64,000 nucleotides of DNA from Halorutilales archaeon Cl-col2-1 (lineage in GTDB: Archaea > Halobacteriota > Halobacteria > Halobacteriales > Afararchaeaceae), in contig CP169074.1 of NCBI GenBank assembly GCA_041891055.1, positions 608,001-672,000 of the forward strand, given 5' to 3'. Position 1 is the stretch's first letter. Each line of letters starts with the position of its first letter. The position numbers and the translations under genes were made by a program. Shown in pieces: positions 28,317 through 36,700 of the stretch. Under the pieces are notes generated by a model. The model saw only the letters and a program-made list of their open reading frames with translations. It did no database searches and was not told the origin of the DNA.

Positions 28317-29465
28317 TTAGTCTTCGTCGTCGTTCTCGTACGGAGCGTCCTGGTAGAAGTAGTTGGGTGTCTTCACGGTGTCATCGTAGGGCTTGTGGAA
28401 GATATGTGTCGTCGCGGGCGAGACGGGAGGTATGAGCCAGCTCCATTTCCCCGTGACCTCGCGTCCCTCGTCTTCTTCCTCCTCCTCGAACTGTTCGAAC
28501 TGTTCGGCTGCAGTGTGGTGGTCGACTATCTGTACGCCGTCTTCCTCGTAGGAGTGTAGAACCGCCCTGTTTAGCTCGACTACTGCCTCGTCCTTCCAGA
28601 GTGAGCGCGGGTTCGATGTGTCGTATCCGAGTCCCTCGGCGACCTCGGGAAGCATGTCGTACCTGTCTTCGTCGGCGAAGTTACGCGCGCCTATCTCTGT
28701 CTCCATGTACCAGCCGTTGAAGGGCGCGGCGGTATACTGGAGTCCTCCTATTTCGAGACGCATGTCCGAGACTATCGGAACGGCGTACCATCTCAGACCC
28801 AGATCCTCGAACCAGTCGTACTCAGGATGGCGTATACCGACTTCGAGAGCTATCTCGTCGGGGGCGTCGAAGATCTGAGGCTCGTTGTCCCGGATCTGTA
28901 TCACGAGAGGAAGTAGATCGAACTCTGTCCTCTCTCCGTCGGGCTCCCATCCCCTCGACTCGCAGTACTCGGTGAACTCGACCTCGTCGGGGTCACCAAT
29001 TATGCCGTCTTCTGTCTCGTAACCCGCGTAACGCACGAGTTCGTAGTTCCAGATACGTACCTGCTGTTCGCCCCGCACCATCGGCTTGAATATCGATATG
29101 GCGGGCTTTATGTCGCCATCATTAGTGGCGTACTCGATATGGTCACACAGAGCTTCATATACCCCTTTGGCAGTCTCACGTCCGCGCTCGTCTATGACAT
29201 TGAGCCTGTCCCAGAAGAGACGCCCTATACATCTGTTACTGTTACGCCACGCCATCCGCGCCCCGTGTTCGAGCTCCTCGTAGGTGTGTTCGTAATGCCC
29301 AGTCTCGTCTATCGAGGATCTTATCTCTTCGAGACGTTCGTCGATCTCGTCTTCCTTTCCGAGTTCGGAGTAAGCCTGTCGCACGAACTCCTCAGCCTCT
29401 TTATATACTTGATCGGGGTCGTAGTCGGGAACAGAAGACTCCATGAACTGTTGTATAGTAGTCAC
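28317..29465 (-). CDS. nos: nitric oxide synthase oxygenase (stand-alone)
   Basis: Heme-thiolate AWRNSNRCIGR, Arg-binding FNGWYMETEIG, pterin-site WSWLIPP, IVDHH; start may be ATG 29444. Confidence 0.96.
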   Translation of the reverse strand: MTTIQQFMESSVPDYDPDQVYKEAEEFVRQAYSELGKEDEIDERLEEIRSSIDETGHYEHTYEELEHGARMAWRNSNRCIGRLFWDRLNVIDERGRETAKGVYEALCDHIEYATNDGDIKPAISIFKPMVRGEQQVRIWNYELVRYAGYETEDGIIGDPDEVEFTEYCESRGWEPDGERTEFDLLPLVIQIRDNEPQIFDAPDEIALEVGIRHPEYDWFEDLGLRWYAVPIVSDMRLEIGGLQYTAAPFNGWYMETEIGARNFADEDRYDMLPEVAEGLGYDTSNPRSLWKDEAVVELNRAVLHSYEEDGVQIVDHHTAAEQFEQFEEEEEDEGREVTGKWSWLIPPVSPATTHIFHKPYDDTVKTPNYFYQDAPYENDDED

Positions 29466-29500
29466 GTAGTGCTTTAGAGTCTGCGTTTCGTACCCGGGAT

Positions 29501-30166
29501 ATGACGAGACTCATCGGACATAGAGGCTGTGGGCTCGCACCCGAGAACACGGTAGAGGCGGTCGAGAAGGCAGCCGATTACGTCGATGTGGTCGAGGTCG
29601 ATGTCCGAGCGACAAAGGACGGGGTTCCGGTTCTCCTCCACGACGAGACAGTCGACAGGACGACTTCGAAGACGGGAAGACTCGACTCATACAGGTACGA
29701 GGAGATAGAGGACTTCGTCCCACGTCTCGACGAGGCTCTCGAAGCCGCCGAGGAGTACGGCTTAGACCTCAACATAGAGGTGAAGGAGAGACGTGTCACC
29801 GACGCAGTACTCGACCTCCTCGAAGGCTACCCGGGAGACGTCCTCGTCTCGTCCTTCGACTACGCGGCTCTGAGGGAGTTAGCCGAGAAGTCGAACCACG
29901 GTCTCGCGCCTCTCTTCGAGGAGGGGGACGGATTCGGTGTTGCCGAGGAGGTCGACGCGTCGGCGGTACATCCCCACCACGACCTCGTCGACGCGGAATA
30001 CGTAGACGAAGCCATCCAAAGAGGTCTCGAAGTCAACGCGTGGACTGTCAACGATGTCGGAAGGGCTCTCGAACTCGTCAGTATGGGAGCCGGAGTAATC
30101 ACGGACGTTCCTCACGAGATAGACCCGGAGATGAGAGACCGAGCCGAGGATAACGAAAGCTACTAA
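29501..30166 (+). CDS. glycerophosphodiester phosphodiesterase
   Basis: IGHRG, PENT, VEVDV, HD, NIEVK, WTVN. Confidence 0.92.
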   Translation: MTRLIGHRGCGLAPENTVEAVEKAADYVDVVEVDVRATKDGVPVLLHDETVDRTTSKTGRLDSYRYEEIEDFVPRLDEALEAAEEYGLDLNIEVKERRVTDAVLDLLEGYPGDVLVSSFDYAALRELAEKSNHGLAPLFEEGDGFGVAEEVDASAVHPHHDLVDAEYVDEAIQRGLEVNAWTVNDVGRALELVSMGAGVITDVPHEIDPEMRDRAEDNESY

Positions 30167-30208
30167 AACGCGCGCGAGGAAGATCAAGAGGGTAATAGAG
30201 GTAGAAGA

Positions 30209-31510
30209 ATGGGAGCAGGAGTAACTATAGTCGGTTCTCAGTTAGGAGACGAAGGCAAAGGGAAGATAACCGATCTCTACGGGGAGTCGGCGGATGTCAT
30301 AGTCCGTTTTCAGGGAGGAGACAACGCCGGACACACCGTCGTCGCAGACGGGGAGGAGTTCAAGCTCCATCTCGTCCCTAGCGGCGTCATAAGAGGTAAG
30401 ACAGCAGTCGTCGGCAACGGCTGTGTCGTCAACCCAAGTGTCCTCCTCGAAGAGATAGAAGAGCTCAGGTCAAAGGGCGTCGATCCCGATCTGTATCTCG
30501 CGGAGCGCGCACATATCATAATGCCGTACCACCGCGTCCTCGACGGAATGGAGGAGGACGCCAAGGGAGACATGGCAGCCGGAACGACGGGACGTGGAAT
30601 AGGACCGTGTTACGAGGACAAGGTCGGTAGACGTGGAGTGCGCGCGCTCGACCTTCTCAACCCCGACAGACTCAGAGAGAAGCTAGAGTACGTCGTGCCG
30701 CGCAAGAGAGCTGTCGTAGAGGACGTCTACGGACTCGAAGCGGGTGACGAGTTCGACGTCGACAAGATATACGAGGAGTACGTCGAGTACGGCGAGGAGC
30801 TCGAAGACCGGATAATAAACGCGAGCGAAGTCATAAACCGGAGTCTCGACGACGGCGACGACGTCCTCTTCGAGGGCGCACAGGGAACATCGCTCGACAT
30901 AGACCACGGAATATACCCGTACCTCACGAGCTCTAACACCACAGTCGGAGGAGCGTGTACGGGAAGCGGAGTCGGAGCGACACGTCTCGACGAGACCGTC
31001 GGTGTCATGAAGGCGTACCTCTCGCGCGTCGGAACAGGACCCCTGCCGACAGAGCTCGAAAACGACGTCGGAGACCATCTCGTCGAGGTCGGAAACGAGT
31101 ACGGCACGACGACGGGCAGACGGAGACGTGTCGGCTGGTTCGACCTGCCGATGGTGAGACACGCCTCACGTATAAACGACTTCACTGGAGGTGTGATCAC
31201 GAGCATAGACGTCCTCGACGGTCTCGATGAGGTCAAGGTCTGTGAGGCGTACGACCTCGACGGCGAACGTGTCGAGACCATCCCCGCCGACATGGACGAC
31301 TGGGCGAGATGTGAGCCCGTCTACGAGAGATTCGACGGCTGGGAAGGCGTCGACTGGGACTCGATAGAGACCTACGACGAGATACCCGAGAACGCGCGCA
31401 CCTACGTAGAGTACCTTGAGGACGAACTCGACACCGAGTTCTACGCCGTGAGCGTGGGTCCCGGAAGAGAGCAAACTATAATCCGTACCAACCCGTTTGA
31501 CAAGCCATGA
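30209..31510 (+). CDS. purA: adenylosuccinate synthetase
   Basis: GDEGKGK, GGDNAGHT, EGAQG, GTTTGRRRR. Confidence 0.98.
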   Translation: MGAGVTIVGSQLGDEGKGKITDLYGESADVIVRFQGGDNAGHTVVADGEEFKLHLVPSGVIRGKTAVVGNGCVVNPSVLLEEIEELRSKGVDPDLYLAERAHIIMPYHRVLDGMEEDAKGDMAAGTTGRGIGPCYEDKVGRRGVRALDLLNPDRLREKLEYVVPRKRAVVEDVYGLEAGDEFDVDKIYEEYVEYGEELEDRIINASEVINRSLDDGDDVLFEGAQGTSLDIDHGIYPYLTSSNTTVGGACTGSGVGATRLDETVGVMKAYLSRVGTGPLPTELENDVGDHLVEVGNEYGTTTGRRRRVGWFDLPMVRHASRINDFTGGVITSIDVLDGLDEVKVCEAYDLDGERVETIPADMDDWARCEPVYERFDGWEGVDWDSIETYDEIPENARTYVEYLEDELDTEFYAVSVGPGREQTIIRTNPFDKP

Positions 31511-31701
31511 AGCCAGACCTAATGGATATAATCTGCTGTCCGGTGTGTAAGTCCGACCTCGAACTCACTGTCAACGAGGAGGACGACGACGGCGAGATAA
31601 TCGAGGGTAGTCTCTACTGTGAGAACTGTGACGAGACATACCCCATAGAAGACGGAATCCCGAACCTCCTCCCTCCTGACATGAGGGAAGACGACGAGTA
31701 A
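31507..31701 (+). CDS. trm112: Trm112 methyltransferase activator
   Basis: MDIICCPVCK...LYCENC..YPIEDGIPNLLPP. Confidence 0.9.
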   Translation: MKPDLMDIICCPVCKSDLELTVNEEDDDGEIIEGSLYCENCDETYPIEDGIPNLLPPDMREDDE

Positions 31702-31723
31702 TATAATCTACTCAGTAGTAGTA

Positions 31724-32140
31724 TCAGTATACCTCGTCGGGGTCGAAGACCTTCTCGCCGACGACCTCGCCATCTACTCTTCTGTGGAAACACGACCTGT
31801 AGCCGGTGTGGCACGCGCCTCCCTCCTGTTCGACCTTGAGTAGAACGGCGTCGGCGTCACAGTCGACGAGTATCTCGTCGACGTCCTGGGTGTGTCCGCT
31901 CGTGGCTCCCTTGTGCCATATCTCGTCGCGCGACCTCGAATAGTAATGTGCCTCACGTGTCTCCCGCGTCTTTTCGAGAGCCTCCTCATTCATGTAGGCG
32001 AGCATCAGAACCTCTCGCGTCTCGGCGTCCTGTGTAACAGCAGGGACGAGACCGTCGTTACCGAAGTCGACCTCTATCTCCTCGTTCGAGTTCGAGTGCG
32101 TATCCGCGTCTGAATCTTTGCCCGTCTGTGTCTCAGCCAT
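31724..32140 (-). CDS. hisI: phosphoribosyl-AMP cyclohydrolase
   Basis: [27 protein letters not shown]. Confidence 0.96.
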   Translation of the reverse strand: MAETQTGKDSDADTHSNSNEEIEVDFGNDGLVPAVTQDAETREVLMLAYMNEEALEKTRETREAHYYSRSRDEIWHKGATSGHTQDVDEILVDCDADAVLLKVEQEGGACHTGYRSCFHRRVDGEVVGEKVFDPDEVY

Positions 32141-32155
32141 ACCCCGAGTACGCCG

Positions 32156-32986
32156 CTACGTTAGAAAAAGCCAGCGCAAGACAGCGTAGACGACATCGCC
32201 GTAGATCAGAGCGACGACGAGACCCACCGTCATAGGAACTATGAAGGGTATTCCGGGGGTGATCCAGACCTTTTCCGCCTTGAGTATCCGTCTCATCTCC
32301 TCCTCGTCGTTCTCTATGTCGTCGGTGACCCAGTCGGTCTCGTTGACGAATCTCCTGAGACGCAGATCCGAGAAGTCTACATCCGACAGCGACTCTACTC
32401 CTCTCCAGTCTACGTAGTCACGGAAAAAGTCGAGATCCGTACCCGAAAAGGTCATTGACTCGTCGGGTAGCCTCAGAATACGTCCATGTCGCGTGTGTAA
32501 GTCGTCAACTTTGACCTGTCTGCCGACCACCATCAGGACGGGGTTACTGAACCCGTGTCTCAAGATATTCTCGACGAAGAGTCCGAGTGGATATAAAGCA
32601 CCCGCTACGACAGTGTTTCCGAGGACTGTGAGAATGAAGATCCCGGCTTCCGACCGGACTACGGGAAGTCCCCAGAAGTCGGGATATACCGGAAACAGAA
32701 GACTCAGGACTACTATCGCCTTCATGTCGGCACCACCGAAAGCGCCGACACGGTAGAAGAAGTAGCCGAAGACACCGCCGAAAATCAGACTGATCAAGGT
32801 GAAGACTGCGACTCTCTCAGTGTCAAGCAGGAGAAGGTCGACCCCGAGTGCGACGACGCCCACGGCTACCAAGGGATACCAGACCTCGTCGCGTACGCGT
32901 CTCTCCAAAATGTCGCGGTAAGAGGCGTATCCGAAGACTGAGAGCGCGATGACTCCCCGTGCTACATCGAGATAGACTGGATTCAC
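32156..32986 (-). CDS. pibD: A24 prepilin/prearchaellin peptidase (FlaK/PibD)
   Basis: ASYRD, FGGAD, WITPGIPFIVP. Confidence 0.9.
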   Translation of the reverse strand: MNPVYLDVARGVIALSVFGYASYRDILERRVRDEVWYPLVAVGVVALGVDLLLLDTERVAVFTLISLIFGGVFGYFFYRVGAFGGADMKAIVVLSLLFPVYPDFWGLPVVRSEAGIFILTVLGNTVVAGALYPLGLFVENILRHGFSNPVLMVVGRQVKVDDLHTRHGRILRLPDESMTFSGTDLDFFRDYVDWRGVESLSDVDFSDLRLRRFVNETDWVTDDIENDEEEMRRILKAEKVWITPGIPFIVPMTVGLVVALIYGDVVYAVLRWLFLT

Positions 32987-32992
32987 TTACGA

Positions 32993-33409
32993 TCAGGAGG
33001 AGATGTCGGATAGACGTCTCGCCATCTTGACGGCACTCTCGACACCTCTCTTAGCGTAGTCGACACGGCTGTGAGCCTCTATACGTGACATTCCGGGTCC
33101 CGAGACGCCTAGGGCGACGGGTGTGTCGTACTCAAGCGAGAGGTCGGAGATCTTCTGTGACGCATTCGAGACGACTACGTCGTCGTGGTCGGTGTCGCCC
33201 TCTATTACGACTCCGAGTGTGACGACAGCGTCGATGTCGTCCCTCTGACATAGCTTCTTCACGAAGAGAGGCATGTCGTAGACCCCCGGGACATAGACCG
33301 TCTCGGCTATGTCGGCGTCGAGAAAGTTGGCGTGCTCACGTGCGACTTCTTCCATCTCACTCGTTATGTCTCTGTTGAACTCAGCGACTACAAGACCTAA
33401 TCTTACCAT
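32993..33409 (-). CDS. ribH: 6,7-dimethyl-8-ribityllumazine synthase
   Basis: VAEFN, VPGVYDMP, GDTDHD, GVSGPG. Confidence 0.95.
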   Translation of the reverse strand: MVRLGLVVAEFNRDITSEMEEVAREHANFLDADIAETVYVPGVYDMPLFVKKLCQRDDIDAVVTLGVVIEGDTDHDDVVVSNASQKISDLSLEYDTPVALGVSGPGMSRIEAHSRVDYAKRGVESAVKMARRLSDISS

Positions 33410-33473
33410 GGTCGAAAGTCGGAGAAGAAGTGCTTAACTCTTTTCCGTTTCCGTTCTTGTTCGTCGGAGACCT

Positions 33474-33620
33474 TCAGACCTGTTCGTCTAAGACGACGGT
33501 CTCGTCGGACTTGATCCAGGCGAGCGGGTTCCTCGCGTCATAGAGCACCGTCCCGTCGTCGGTGTCGTATGACTCTATGTTCGAGACCTCTTCGTCCATC
33601 TCGCGGCTCGCACTGGACAT
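33474..33620 (-). CDS. 48-aa conserved haloarchaeal small protein (DUF7331-like), divergent from polB
   Basis: MSSASREMDEEVSNIESYDTDDGTVLYDARNPLAWIKSDETVVLDEQV*. Confidence 0.75.
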   Translation of the reverse strand: MSSASREMDEEVSNIESYDTDDGTVLYDARNPLAWIKSDETVVLDEQV

Positions 33621-33732
33621 GTTGTGTGTCACCTTGTACCACGCTTAGGACGCGCAGTATATAACCCTTGTGACTTGTTGTCACACTGAACCCAACCACC
33701 GCGAATATATAGGTGAGACGTCTAATCCGGAT

Positions 33733-36700
33733 ATGGGCGACGGGAACCAGTCGAGCATACGTGACTTCGGGGAGGAACCCGAGAATCCGGGGACGGAGAC
33801 AGAGACCGAAGGGACGGAGATAGGCGTCACCAACATAGATTACACTGTCGAGTCCGACGCCGACGGAGAGCCGTATCCCGTCGTAAATGTCTTCGGAAGG
33901 ACACGCGACAGAGAAGCCAGACACGTCCGTGTCCTCGGATTCGAGCCCTACTTCTATGTTCCCGAAGATCAAGCAGAAGGGATAGACGAGAAGGAGGAAC
34001 GTGTCACGCGCACCGAGGACGGGTACGAGTCGATAGAGGGCGACGACCTCGTCCGTGTCTACACGCGTATACCCGCAGACGTCGGCGAGGTGAGGGAGTC
34101 GTACCACCACTACGAGGCGGACATACTCTTCCCCAACCGTTTCAGGATAGACAAGGGGGTCAAGTCGGGGATACGTATACCTCCGGAGTACGACGGAGAT
34201 GAAGTCATAGAGATAGACGAGTCAGAAGTCGAGCCGTGCGATGTAAATGCTCCCGCACGGACGGGTATCATAGACATAGAAGTTGAGGACAGGCACGGAT
34301 TTCCCGAGAACGGCGAGGAGTCGATAATCTGTCTCACGGCGTGGGACTCGTTCGAAGACGAGTATGACGTATTCGTCTTCGACGCCGACGCACCCGACGA
34401 GGTCGACGGCGCGCGCGTCCACTCTTACGAGACAGAGGAGGAGATGCTCGACGAGTTCCTCTCGTACGTCGAGGAGAAGGACTTCGACCTGTTTTCGGGA
34501 TGGAACTTCAACGACTTCGACGCGCCGTATCTCATCGACAGACTCGACGTACTCGACCTCGACTCGGCGCGTCTGTCACGTCTAAACGAGGTCTGGCACT
34601 CCGACTGGGGCGGTCCTACCGTGAAAGGACGCACGACGTTCGACCTCCTCTACGCCTACCAGAGGATGAAGTTCACGGAGCTAGAGTCGTACCGCTTGGA
34701 CGCGATTGCTGAGGAGGAACTCGGCGAGTCGAAGGTACATTACACCGGAAAGATAGGCGATCTGTGGCACGACGACACCGAACGTCTCTTGGAGTACAAC
34801 AAGATCGACGTCGAGCTATGTGTCCGTATAGACGAGAAGGTCGACATAATAGACTTCTTCCGCGAGCTGTCACGTTTCGTCGGATGTTCGCTCGAAGACT
34901 CGACAACCCCGAGCGACGTAGTCGATATATACGTACTCAGGAAGGCACACGGCGAGTTCGTCCTGCCCTCGAAGGGAGGAGGAAGCGGCGAGGAGTACGC
35001 CGGAGGCGAGGTCTTCGAGCCTATCACGGGAATCAGGGAGAACGTCGCTGTTCTCGACCTGGCGTGTTTCACAGGAGACACGGAGGTTGTGACACCCGAT
35101 GGCGTCGTGGATATCAAACGGATGTCGGAGGGCGACGAGGTGTATACACTCAATCCCGAGACATTCGAGGTAGAGGTGGAAGAGATTATCGAGACACACG
35201 AGTACGACAATAAGTACGGCGAAATACACCACGTCAGCGGTAACACCCACGACTTCAAGGTCACAGAGAATCACCGTTTCCTAGTCTCAAACGAGAGAGG
35301 GTGGGACAGCCAGTCCCCCGAGGACTTCGACTTCATGGAGTACCGTGACGTACCTGGCTCCGACAGGTTCGCTTTCCCGAACCACGAAGCTGTCGAAGGC
35401 GAGACACGGGACGTCTTCGAACTCTGGCGCGATGCCGAGGAGGGCTACGTAGCCCTCTACTCCGACCGTGATCTTCGGTCAGTACGTCACGACTTACCCG
35501 ACGAAGTCTGTGACTCGGTGGAGCTAATACACGGCTCTTCGGGGAGGCTCAAGCTCGAAAAGACAGGGAAGTACCTCGTTCCTCTGGAAACCTACAGGAA
35601 ACACCGTGAAGCAGTCGAGACGGCTGCGGATGAGGTCGTCCTCAAACGCGGAAGGCAGCACCGAGGAGTCCCCACGGAGTTCGACTTCGACGACTGGCTC
35701 CGTCTCATAGGCTGGTATGTCACCGAGGGAAGTGCGCGGAGAAAAGACGACGAGGGAGTACACAGGGTTACATTACACCAGAAAGGAGACGAACGCGACG
35801 AGATACGTGACCTACTCGACCGGATGAGTCTGAACTACTCGGTCGACTCACGCGGTTTCAACCTCTCGAACCGTACTCTCCATGACTGGCTCACGCAAAA
35901 CTGTGGGAGTGGAAGCGAGAACAAACGGCTTCCCGACTTCGTCTTCGACCTCGACTCGTCACATCTCAATATACTCCTTGAGACGCTCGTAAAAGGTGAC
36001 GGAACCCCGTCTGAGAGAACCGGGAACGTCGATAAGTTCTGGACAGCGAGCGACAGACTCAAAGATGACGTGGTGCGTCTCGGTGTCAGGTGTGGACATA
36101 AGCCGACCGTGAAGAAACAGACCGACGGCACCTGGTATGTCTCGTTCGGAAAAAGAGGCTCGTTCAATAAATCCGTAAATGCGTCAGTCGAAGAACATGA
36201 CGGCAAGGTCTACTGCGTTACAGCCGAGAACAACCACGTGGTTCTCGCGGGACGAGAAGGCAAGTTCCAGTGGGTCGGACAGTCTCTCTACCCCATGTCG
36301 ATGGTCTCTATAAACGCGAGTCCCGAGACGAAGGCGGGCGACGAATACGACGGCGATACTTACGAGGCACCTAACGGCGTCGAGTTCAGGAAAGACATCG
36401 AGGGACTCACGAAGACGATAGTCACCGAGCTTCTCGAGGAACGTCAGAAGAAGAAAGACGCGAGGGACGAACACGAGTACGGGAGTCCCGAGTACAATAA
36501 GTTCGACAACCAGCAGAGCGCGATAAAGGTTGTTATGAACTGTTTCTCGGGAGACACCGACGTGGTGACCGAGGACGGTGTGAGGAACATAAAGGACATC
36601 GAGACGGGCGAGTACGTCTACTCAGTCGACCCCGAGACGAAGCAAGTCGAGTTCAAGGAGGTCGTCGAGACCTATGAGTACGACTACTCGGGAGAGATGG

